A DNA stretch of 64,000 nucleotides, taken from NCBI GenBank assembly GCA_043228905.1, contig JBHGNT010000014.1:20398001-20462000 (forward strand). The letters run 5' to 3'. The notes under the pieces were generated by a model, which made no database searches, was not told the origin of the DNA, and worked only from the letters and a program-made list of their open reading frames with translations. The position numbers and the translations under genes are program-made. Positions 37,701 to 48,458 of the stretch are shown piece by piece. Within the stretch, counting starts at the first letter, position 1; the number at the start of each line of letters is the position of its first letter. The DNA is from Azolla caroliniana. Lineage: Eukaryota; Plantae; Polypodiophyta.

Positions 37701-39791
37701 TAAATTCCAGCATAGAGTAACAATGTATATTCATAATCAGGCGATCTTCAAGATATACACAAATATAGCATCTAAGAATTATTATTTTTTGTCCTAAATT
37801 TCTGAAACATTTTGTGTGTATGGTGGTTGTGCCAATAGTAAGGACTAAATAATCATAATAATAAGAGGGTCAAACTTTGAGCAATCCAAGAGCACAAAAC
37901 TTACTCAAATAAAGGCGTACCACAACAAATGCACTCATAAACTCCAGGAGACTTTGTCTTCCAATACGCACTATAAACAGAAGTGTCAAAAACTACATTA
38001 GATATGGATATGAAATTGAAGAGTTGAACCTCTGAAATTAAACGAATTCACTAAAACAAACCCGCTAAATGCTCGTTCTGTTCCCTTCTTTCTTGTTATC
38101 ACATACTGTTCTGGAGTTAGACGCTTCTTCCATTCTTCATCACTAAGGGCTAAAAAAATCTCATTCTGATGAGTCCATGATATAGAATCAGAAACATATT
38201 TGCATTAACATGCAGCATGCATTCAGACATCTCTCAACTAGTGTGACTATCAACCCATGTATCCAACCTACAGTGCATTTCAAATGGGATATAAGATCTT
38301 TTGAAACATTTCCAAGCAAATCATGTTAATGGTTATATCTATTATGTCATGTAAATTGTATGATTTGAATGTACAATCATCACCTATTACATACCATCTA
38401 AAATGTTTTTCAATCTACCATGATCATATAGGATATGCTATCCAGATATTGTGTTCTCATTTCTGTTTTGTCTTCTTCAGTTTTGGTTGATTAGTGAGTT
38501 TAATCTCTTATATCATATTTCCAAGTTACAAATTGGAACTATTCTGAACTTATGAAGTCTTGATGTTGTCAAGTATCTTATCTTACTGCTGAATATATTT
38601 TGATATGTATATAAATCTTTTAAGAAAGAGTTTGCCATTTCCAATTCCATGTCCCGGTTTTTCAACCAAAGTTGCATAATCAACCTTGTATCATTGTTTT
38701 ATTAATGTAATCACCCCACCTTCTTGTAAAAAGGAGATCTGGAATGTACCTGTCTTTATACACTTGTAGAATTACAACCCATGTGATGGGATTTTTCTAT
38801 CGAACAAACTTTCTTTCCCCTCACATTTCCATGACTTTGGATGTCCATGTTTTGTAGATGTCCAAGATATATACAATACAGTTTATTTGATGGAATTTTT
38901 TCTGTAACATTTTCTACCACAAATTTCCACAACTGTTGGATGTCCATGTTTTATGCATGTCTCACAATTACTTTTGTTTCAATTTTTCTACGTCCATTGA
39001 TTAATCTATCCATCCATCTATTATATCTATCCTATCAACTAATCCATTTATCTAATAATATTTAAACACATAAAATTTCCATAAGATTCCATGTTTTCAT
39101 CAATGTCCTAATGTTTCTTTCATTCCTTATTCTCTCTTCCTAGAGGAATCAATCCATCCATCCTGAAAATCAAATTCTCCTATCTATCCATCCATCTCAT
39201 ACATACACACACGCATACACATACACATACCTACCTACCGATGCTATCAATTTATCTACCTATCCTTCCACTCTAAATGGTTCCATTAATACATGTATAT
39301 CAGGTACAAACATATCTATACAACTACTATCAAACCTTCTGATCCATCCAAATAGATACACATATACATATCCTATTTATCTATGGTACAGCATCTCTCC
39401 ATCCATCCTAATATATATATACATTACACATCCTATTTATCTACTTTATGGACGCATCCTCACCATCCATACATACGGACATGCATATCCTATTTATATA
39501 TTAGATAATCCACAGCATTGATCCCTCTGAATACATCGATATATAAAAGCATCCATCTATCCATCGAAACAGAAAGATGCGTCCACATATTCTTTGTTCC
39601 ATCCAACTAGCTATAAATAAATATCAGAGAAATCAAACCTGGGGAGGGCTTTTTTGGGGATTCACTGTCCGAAGGAAAAGAAGCGGAGGCGGAGGAGAGT
39701 CTAGCACCCATGGTGGTGACAGAGATTGCGCGTTTAGAGGGAAGAGCTCCAACCTGAAATGCTGCAGATGGACAACAATTCATCATCGCCA

Positions 39792-39792
<1 letters not shown>
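31013..39792 (-). CDS. MSRB1: Peptide methionine sulfoxide reductase B1-type, plastid-targeted, 177 aa, 5 exons
   Basis: Exons 39792-39639, 38149-38062, 37970-37905, 37098-36901 and 31040-31013; all introns are GT-AG and phases are consistent (534 nt). Protein has [54 protein letters not shown] and RYCINS, plus a Ser/Ala-rich transit peptide. Confidence 0.93.
33174..33400 (-). mobile_element. Decayed LINE C-terminal fragment within MSRB1 intron 4
   Basis: [12 protein letters not shown] resembles the HxLxxCPAYxxIR end of LINE ORF2 zinc fingers. Highly degenerate. Confidence 0.35.
35118..35882. repeat. Degenerate array of ~6 units (120-170-bp spacing) in MSRB1 intron 4
   Basis: TCACCACCAC(AT)...CCTTGGTTACCAACTTGTAA-like cores near 35120, 35260, 35425, 35590, 35708 and 35831. 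Confidence 0.55.
37429..37843. repeat. ~210-bp tandem duplication in MSRB1 intron 3
   Basis: TTACAGAA..ACTTATA..GTGAGTAGAATTAGCAAAAGT...ATAGTAAGGA starts at 37429 and 37639. Confidence 0.9.
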
Positions 39793-39823
<31 letters not shown>

Positions 39824-39848
39824 GAGACAGACCACACAGTTTGAAGAG

Positions 39849-39890
<42 letters not shown>

Positions 39891-40737
39891 TTCGTTTACA
39901 CACTTGTCAGCCACTCACTCGCTCACATTTGCTTGGCTCTCCTCAAAAGCTCTCTCCCTTATTAATAATTATGTCCCAAAAAAGCCTTAATTCACACAAA
40001 TGAACACGTAAGGGCTTCATACACAGAAAAGACCACAAGATGGAGACACACACATATAGGACAAAACGCTCTTATATTATTATTATTATTATTATTATTA
40101 TGTGAGTCCCAATCTTTTGGGACAAAGCCAAAATGTGAGTTCGGACAAGTCCTCTACGTTCCGAGTCTACGAGAGAGCACCAAGCATCAACATTTGAAAA
40201 TGAGAATGAGTGACGGAATCATCCTTTTCCATGTCTTCTCTTTATATCTAGGGCCTTTGATGGCAGTTGGGCTAGTCATTGGGACAACTCGTTGGAAAAA
40301 ACCATGGCGGCACCCCTCTTGCAACTAGGACTAGGTTGTCTGGTAAGTTCTAGTTAATTATGGGGTTGTATGCCACGTTCAATTGGGTCTTCTAGAGCTT
40401 GAGTGCCATCAAGCTCACAAATATGTGCTAAGTCCCTCTATCTTTGCACCTTGGTTGACCAAACCTTACTTGGACCACTCTCGATCTTTTGCTTTCTGTC
40501 TTCGCACCTGCTCAACCACCTTGATTGACCAAACCTTACTTGGGTTGATTGCGATATTTTCCTCTATGGCCCTTCTAGGGAGTCCCTCTATCTTCACCTC
40601 TTGCTCAACCACCCTAGTTGAGCTCACCTTTATCAAAGTCGCCTTGACTTAGACTCAGGTGGCTAGTTCCTCTTCTTCTTCTTTGCCTATGTCAATTTGT
40701 GCTCCCGCCACTTGAGAGAAACCCTCGTCTCACTTAG

Positions 40738-40779
40738 GGCACTCTTCAACTAAGTGTGATCCACCACACTTGTAGTTCA
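40738..40779 (-). mobile_element. Retrotransposon gag zinc-knuckle remnant (part of a decayed element, ~40250-40900)
   Basis: VNYKCGGSHLVEECP is a degenerate CX2CX4HX4C. Confidence 0.45.
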
Positions 40780-41230
40780 CCTTTAGTCTCAATGATTTCA
40801 CGCGTGATAATGAGCAAAGCAATGGTACCCCATGACTACCCTAGTACACATCAACACATTTTTCTGATTAGAGACCAATGTCCAATGGCTTTGGGAGATC
40901 CCTAAACAAAGGTACTCAAGGTAGGCACTTATGTCATTAAAATGACTTGTTGAACATGGAAATGTTCATTGTTGGTATGCTAAAACCCAACAATGGTTGG
41001 AGTCACATGGCATAAACATAATGCATTACCCCACTCCAATATAGATTTGATTGTCCCTATCTAAACATGACCAAAGTGGAAAAGAATAGGATGATCAATA
41101 TTGATATTTATTATTAAGTTGGGAAACAAAATAACATGGATTAGCCCTACAACATAACTTAGTAAGAAGATGGCCCACTATAGGACACATTATTTACATA
41201 TGGGATGGATTCATCATCAAGCTCATCTAT

Positions 41231-41410
41231 ATGACGAACATACATATTTCCTATGAGCTATGCAATGTGATAGGGCAATTGCGAACTTCTTCACATCAGG
41301 TAAAGATTGAGGTAGGCATATATGCACGATTACCTCTAGAAGAAAGAACTTGCAAGTGTATCATCAAGGAGTGGAATTTGCAAAACACTTTGTTTGACAT
41401 TGTGTTGTTT
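41231..41410 (+). mobile_element. LINE ORF2 C-terminal zinc-finger remnant
   Basis: IGQLRTSSHQVKIEVGIYARLPLEERTCK, then after a frameshift HQGVE..KHFV. This matches the LRxSxHxLxIExGRY..ERxCxxC..VExExHF motif. Confidence 0.7.
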
Positions 41411-41867
41411 TTTTTTAAATAAGAGAGACATACCATAGCCTCTTTAAGGAAGTCTTTGACCCACGACATGAGGTGATTGAATATGAGGACCAATGATTCT
41501 TTGAGCTTTTCTTCCTAGAAACAAGAGGCACAAGGAGAAGTTGCTTAATGACAACACAACCACACGCAACAAGCTCGTTAATAGAGAACAATCACAACTT
41601 TCGTTAGATTCATCACTTCTACTCATGCTACAAGTCAATCTAGGGCTACACAAATGGGATTCCACCCCAAGCCATTTCCAAGGGGTACAATAGGTCAAGA
41701 AATAGCAATTTTTCGTGTACATAGGCCTCGACCTTAGGGACCATGATCTCATCACCCTTGTCATTGACAAGTAAAAGTCATTACCTCCCACTATTGTAAG
41801 TGCTTGCCTCACTTCAAGGGGTTCTCCATTTTGGATTGACTTAACCTAAAGATCTTCCAAAGACAAA

Positions 41868-42220
41868 TCTCAAGTTGTGTTGGAATTGGTTAGCCCAATA
41901 ACTCTTTGGATTCTGTGGAAACAACGATGTAGACGGGTCTTCTCCAACCAAACCGTGCATCCAACAATGTTACTGCAAGAGATATGGAGTGAAATTGTAG
42001 CCACTCTAAAGAGCCAATATGATGGCCTCAAGGGCAGCTCCGATGGAGTTGAAAGACAACAAATACCCTTCATCCAACAATGGTCGTCCTCTCCCTATCT
42101 TGAGTCAGTGGGCATCCACATAAGATGGAACTATCGCGTCCCTACAGGGATTTGTACATAATCATCTCATTTGTAAAATTTTATAACTAATGGAAGGAGT
42201 TTTTTTTTTTGAAAAAAATA
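41868..42220 (+). mobile_element. 5'-truncated L1-type LINE insertion (353 bp) with a 20-bp TSD
   Basis: TSD AAAGATCTTCCAAAGACAAA at 41848-41867 and 42221-42240. ORF2 C-terminal motif LWILWKQRCRRVFS (cf. WxIWKxRNxxVF) and an A-rich 3' tail. Confidence 0.88.
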
Positions 42221-42789
42221 AAAGATCTTCCAAAGACAAAAAAAAAACAATATATCTAACTTGAGAAACTTAAATGCATCAATGGCAAGACTCTTTAGTC
42301 ACATCTACTTCTATTTCTATTTAAATGTAGCCTTTTCAACAAAAAGTGTTGCTAGATAAGTAGGAGTCTTATCAAAGTGTAACCATTACATGCATGTAAC
42401 AAAAAAATGTTGCAAGATAGTTGGAATTGTTGAAGGGTGGTACTAGTAACTCATTGACATGAGAAACTACCATAAGAACTATCTTTAAATTTCGCATTTG
42501 ACTAAATATATACATTCAATATAAAATTTGTCATAGTTTCTAAGACCAGGCACTCTTCCCCTTGCACAACAACATATCTACTATTCTTCCAAACTGAGTT
42601 ATCCTTAAGAAACCCAGTGCATTTAAAAAACACATTTCATCATCATACTTTGACTTCCATCACATTTTCTAGCAGGAGAAATGGTAGCAAGAATACAGCA
42701 TTCCTAATATTTGTTATAATCTGATATCATCCATTTGTGTGGCCTTCATTATGCTGTATGTCTATCCTGCTTGACAGCATCCTGTGCCT

Positions 42790-42965
42790 GCACTGTACCT
42801 GGATGTCATTTTTGTCTACAAAATATTTGATGACTTATCATGCAACTCATATTTCCTTCATGGCTGATACATTGGGAAATGGTCACATACCGGCTCAACA
42901 AATGAACAAGAACTGCAGATGTTTTCAAGGCTTTCAACTGCCACATATTCTCCTTATGAAAGTTT
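42790..42965 (+). pseudogene. Possible decayed PPR motif remnant
   Basis: One frame reads KIFDDLSCN...GSTNEQELQMFSRL, loosely like S-P motif junctions. Very degenerate. Confidence 0.25.
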
Positions 42966-43814
42966 GAATATGTTTTTCTGTCTGTCAATCAGCTTCAATG
43001 CACCATCTGGTTGCCATCTTTTAAGTAAGCATGCGACCCACATACTTTGAACTTGCAGGAAATAGATGGCATTATTCACCCAGTCAGATCATTAGCGTTT
43101 TTGGTAGCCAACAAATACAGATTTTACCTCTACAAAGATGAATCCTTTAATACAAACTTCCCCATGGACAGTTTCTGAAAAGAGAGTCATATCACAATTC
43201 AGGAACTGACTGAAGGCATACTACAACATTCGGTAACAGGACACCAACTGTTCCAACAATTGACATAACGTCAGGAACAGAGGCAAACCTTGCTCCACAT
43301 GTCTCAGTCAACTCTGAAGGATACAATAAGTTGGAACTTTGGCATTTCAAGCTACATTAAGCTTGGGGAAACTCTGAAATACCCCTGAATTTTCTTTATT
43401 TCCACAAACGCCCTTCAGTTTTCGTTATTTCCCCAAATGCAATTGGTCAAATACCGAAAGAGAGAAAACAGGGATGAATTTACCAGATAATTGCTGAATA
43501 TACAGTAGCTCAGTAGAACTAATACATGTAGATACGTGTAAACTAACCTTACTAAATATAAGACAAACTGAAAATCATCATATAGCAAGGAGGTTCCAAC
43601 TCGCCTCCATAGCAACAAATCATTTTGGACAGGTTGTTCCATAAACTACACAACATACCTACTATGCGTCCATTGTAAAAATATCCACTTTTTACAGGAA
43701 CAAAAGAACTAAGATGAAAACCTGACATTTGCTAGGCCACATTCCAACAAAACTTAACAGAAAACCTCAGGAGGAACTAGGCAAAAAAGTTCCTAGCCCA
43801 CATTCCCGGTTCAC

Positions 43815-44071
43815 TTGTGTTGAAGGTGTCCCATGAGCCTGGCAATGAATACATGAGCCTGACGACTTGAAACTCCATATCAAGTCTGATCTTCGACAAT
43901 GAGTTGTTGAACAGTGGCATCAAACTCATTTATATGAGAAACGACCATGTTGGTTTCCTTCATCAGATTTTCACAGCGCCTCTGCATCTGATAGACATTA
44001 TTTGAGGTGGTATATTTCTCGTACAAACCAGGTGGCATTGTCTTGCTAGATGCAAGAGAATTGTAGGACAT
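43815..44071 (-). mobile_element. Copia gag remnant
   Basis: LYEKYTTSNNVY...NLMKETNMVVSHINEFDATVQQL and LMYSLPGSWDTF are typical of copia gag. Confidence 0.7.
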
Positions 44072-44549
44072 TAGCTAGTGGATGTTGTCCCAACCACTGG
44101 TCATCCTCAATATTGGCGACTTTTCTTCTCATCAGCCACTCTCAATTGTAGACTCTAAATCAGAACATCGTGTATTCGATTTTTCATTTATATCAAAAGT
44201 CTTTTGTTGTCTGTCTCATTCTCTAATTTACTTCTATAACTTGCACAAATGCAAGCATGGAGATTACTCTGATTTTATAAAAGCAAATGTTGCAATGATT
44301 TAGAATCAAAATACATCACACTCTAACTTAACTATAGTGACATGTTTGCAATAAAATAATAGGAGACGTAGCAACATTGAACTAAGGTAAACTTCTCATA
44401 AAACATTGTTTGTTACAAAGCCATCTTGCCTCAAAATTTATAGCTACTAAATTACACCATGGTAGCCTCCCTGTATCTGAGTGTTGGTAAACATTTATTC
44501 ATAGAGGTCATGGTGGCCTCATTGTATATGAGCATTGGTAAATATTCAC

Positions 44550-45623
44550 TCATAGAGTTCTTGCTCCAATCCTGTCTAATCTTTGCACATGTGCTGTGGC
44601 ATTTAGCTTCCCATGCTCCAGGAAACTTGCAACCATGGCCTCCGCGATAATCAACCCTTTTTCTCGAGAATCCGTGATAGCAACTGCAGTGGGTCCAGCC
44701 CCACTTATGGTGCATCCAAAGGAACCTGCATCCAGAGCAGCTTGTTTAACCTGAGCCATTCCAGGAATGAGGGGGCTTCTCCTGGGTTCGACCAATGTGT
44801 CAGAAGAGAGTGACTTCCCAAGCAAAGCTATGTCACCATTCAATATGGCAGTGACGAGAGTGGCCGCTTGACCGCAATTAAAGATGTGTTCACCCATGGA
44901 TATGTGCGAGGGAAGGACAGCTCTCATCTCCTTGGTGGGCGCCTCAAAGTCAGGACTAACCAAAACAAAGAAAAGATCAGAATGTGGAGGGAAAGGGAGA
45001 GACACAAGACGGAGAGGATCATATGAATTTATGAGGATAAATCCTCCCAGAATGGATGGCGCTATATTATCAGCATGATAGCCGCTTACAGATGCCTCTG
45101 ATGCCAGGCCGGCGAGAACAAGTTGGTCTTTGGATAATGGACTTCCAAAGAGAGCATTTATGGCCACAGCAGATGCAGCTGCACTGGCGGCACTCGAACC
45201 GAGACCGCTTCCGAGGGGGAGGCCTTTGCGGAGGCTCAAAGAGACACCAACAGATCTCACACCCAGAAGCTCTAAGGTGGCCTTACCAGCTATGCCGACA
45301 CAATTCTTGTCGGCGTGCAAGCTCAGTTTCCCACCATCTCCTAGAATGCTAGAGATAGAGATAGTACCAGGGGGTGTGCGCTCGCAAATCTGGGCAGATA
45401 CACAGTCGCCAAGCCCATCAACAGCGCATCCCAGGATGTCGAAAGCAGGGCCGAGATTGGCAACGGTGGCGGGGGCGAAGGCTTCCACATGTGTGAGCTC
45501 AGGCGAAGGTTCAGTTGCAGTGAGCTGAGTTAGCGCCGTGCAGCTCATGCGGATGCAACAACGGATCGAATTGGGCGATGGCGACACGTAGAATTGGGGG
45601 AGGAAGACATCAGCAGCAGCAGA

Positions 45624-45656
<33 letters not shown>

Positions 45657-45749
45657 CTGTCTCCCCCACCATATCCACCCTCTTGAGGAAGGGGCGAAGG
45701 AGCTTCTGCAGGGATAAGGTGCGAGCCTTTCAAGACAGGACATATCCAT
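44550..45749 (-). CDS. HSK: Homoserine kinase (GHMP family), intronless, ~399 aa with a plastid transit peptide
   Basis: AFAPATVANLGP, KGLPLGSGLGSSAASA (GHMP ATP-binding loop), GYHADNIAP, CTISGAGPT. The likely start is MDMSCL at 45749, although the ORF is open to 45812. Confidence 0.95.
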
Positions 45750-46899
45750 GGCCGGGTGGGTATACAGAGAAAGAAGCAAACAACAACAACAACAAAAAAC
45801 TCTCTCTTTCACTGAATGAATGATGCGATTGATAGAGTGCAGAGATTCTTTTCTAGCTTTCTCTCTTTAAGTCCAAAAACTTGAAACGAAACGAATCCCC
45901 TTGTAGTTAAAAAGTAAGGATCTACAAGATCTAAGAGCCTTCCATCCCAACAAAGCCTTATTGATAGCAGGACAATGTTTACTTTCACAAAAAACACCAA
46001 TGAAATACATATCGAAACATTTACAATCTTTCTTAAGTGCCATCGTGCCGTCATCATCTCGTCTTTTATGACACATACCATACTCAATGGTATGTTCCAA
46101 AGGTAACCCTAAGTAAGCATAACACGATGGCCTGCTATTAAGTGATGGCCTCGCCATGTGATAGACATATATACAAGGACAAATGTATCTTTCCATTGAA
46201 GTAAAATTTCCATGCCCTAATCACAAATACATGATCGAAACTGAATGTCGAGATTTCAATCATTTCCTACGGAACTTCATTCATTCTCACACTCTAGAGA
46301 CTCACTTCAATTCCAATTGTGGAATCATATTCTCCTATAGATCTCCTTGTGAAGCTTAGCCAGCCCGCTAGTCTAACAACCACTAGTGGCTAGAGAAAGA
46401 AGCGTGTGTATTGGGGAAGCTTTAATGCTACATCTGAAAGTATACTACTAGCTTTTTACATTATGGATTGTAGATTACAGAATTGTACAAATGGAGTTGT
46501 ATGATGTGCTATTTCTATCCAGTCTTCGATGTTTCTTTCCCATTGAAAAAAATATGGCTTTGTTTTAGGATCATAATTATGCATGGCACATTTCATGAGA
46601 TTCATCTCTGGATAATATTTGCAATCTCTGGTGTCATTGGATGCTCAACATGATAGCAAATCATCTCAGCATTTTCTGCAAACAGTGCTACATTGAAGAG
46701 AATGCTTACACTGAGTGCTAGTAATCCTTCTCCAATTGTTGCCATTATTACATCAAACACATCCAGCATGTTATTTCAATGCTTGCTTGAGCACTGGTCT
46801 AAATCTGTTTGAATAAGAGTGAAAAGCTTCAAAAATATTTCACAAGATGACCTCTTTACGAAATCTGATTTACAAGATCATTATTTCAGTCTGGACAAA

Positions 46900-47220
46900 C
46901 CATAAGCATCTTGTGCATATAGCCCATTTGCAATTTGACAACATCTACATTACGGAATTGTTTCCCAAGGGTTTCATAGCTATTAGGGAAATCTATAGAT
47001 TTTGGTTTCATACCTACAACAACACGCTCTTCCCATCATTAACCTCCTTTGTCCATTTTTGAGATCTCCACCATATTTTGCATTGATCCCTATTTGTCCA
47101 TTTGACCCAAAGGTTTTGCCATCAAATAGTGATGTTCCATCTGACAATTCCTGATTCTCGAATAATATCAGTATGCCGATAATGTAGCTCTAGTTCCATC
47201 CATCCTGCAAGGATTTATTC
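46900..47220 (-). pseudogene. Possible decayed PLS-PPR remnant
   Basis: Fragments NAKYGGDL (cf. YAKCGxL), GMKPKSIDF (cf. GMKPDxITF), RNVDVV and LYAQ appear in shifting frames. Confidence 0.3.
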
Positions 47221-48011
47221 CTATAAATTCATAAGATCCTCTTTGTCTTATCTCTCTCCCTTTCCCACAAGATTCTGATCTTTTCTTTGTCAAGGGGTTA
47301 CAAGCATTGCCTAGGTGTCGCCTTTGCCACTCCAACCATCATTCACCACTATCTTGGCCGTCATCGTCATTGCTATTCATGGTTAATGCTCCTTGTGCTT
47401 TTGTTGCTAGATGTTATGGAGCTTTGCAAATCATTGTGGTTGTGTTAGGACTCGTGAGCCATATTGGACATTACTTCTTCTGTTGCCATCATCAACACTT
47501 ATAGTTGTTGTCAATGGTCTTTGTGGTGGTTGTGAGTTATACCGATCATAATAAGCTGTATCATGTGTGTAGTAGAAAAAGCCTTGTGATTAAGTAAGTG
47601 GATTTTGATTCCTTGCTTTACTCATTCTTAATACTAGAGAGTGAGAGTTTGACTTTTCATTGTACTCGTACTCGAGAATAAAAGTTTGTTGTTTGCCTAC
47701 TCTTCTAAGTTTGTTGAATTGTGCTAGGTTGTTCATGTCCTTTGTGTTAAGTGAGACACTCAATCCATGCTGACATCAAAATAGCATTTTCTGCCATCTG
47801 AATCTCAATGAAGTATGTATTCACATCATGCATATATACATAATCATACAGACATAACCCTTGGTTTTGCATTCTTATGTCCTCTTCTTTTTTCATTTTC
47901 TTGATATTGACATTGCAATTCTCTTATGTTTGAAGCTGATAACAATTGTGGTTTTTATATCCAAAGGAGTATACTTTTCAGCATCCTTAGGCATATTTAT
48001 GCAATATAGGG

Positions 48012-48402
48012 CGGGGTGTATACCATATTTTCCTAGGTTTTAGGATGCATAATGTAAGGTCACACTTGCTTATCTACTCAGTGATATTTTTGGGTCATTA
48101 TCTTTGTCAGCTCAAGTATAAATGTGTGAATGCATTCAATTCAGCAACCTATTGCTTGGGTCAAGTGTGAACGCATTAGCTGCTGCTGGTTCCCATGTCC
48201 ACATCCAATTGGTTCTTAAAAGCTCCAAGGAAACACACCCATTGTGCATAGGTAAGCTTGCATGCCAAGTTTTTTGGGATATTTTCATCTTTATGCCCTT
48301 ATGAAAAGGTCAAACAATTATAATGGTGAGTTTGTTCAATACTAGGCTCCCTAGTCATAGCGGCTACGTGACCATACCCTTCCTCTAACAAACTGAATGA
48401 CT
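48012..48402 (-). pseudogene. Decayed tandem duplicate of the 3' end (S2-E1-E2 plus 3' flank) of the adjacent PPR gene
   Basis: Colinear with ~48412-48821 (e.g. CACCCATTGTGCATAGGTA, CAATTATAATG, CCCTTCCTCTAACAAAC..GAATGACT), with indels. Confidence 0.85.
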
Positions 48403-48458
48403 GAGCGATTGGAGGTATATACCATATATCCTGGTGTTTTAGGGTGTGTTGTATGGTC

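Noticed and set aside
45750-45812. N-terminal extension MKERVFCCCCCLLL of the HSK ORF
   Set aside because: Derived from a (TTG)n microsatellite in the probable 5' UTR; the ATG at 45749 is the more plausible start.
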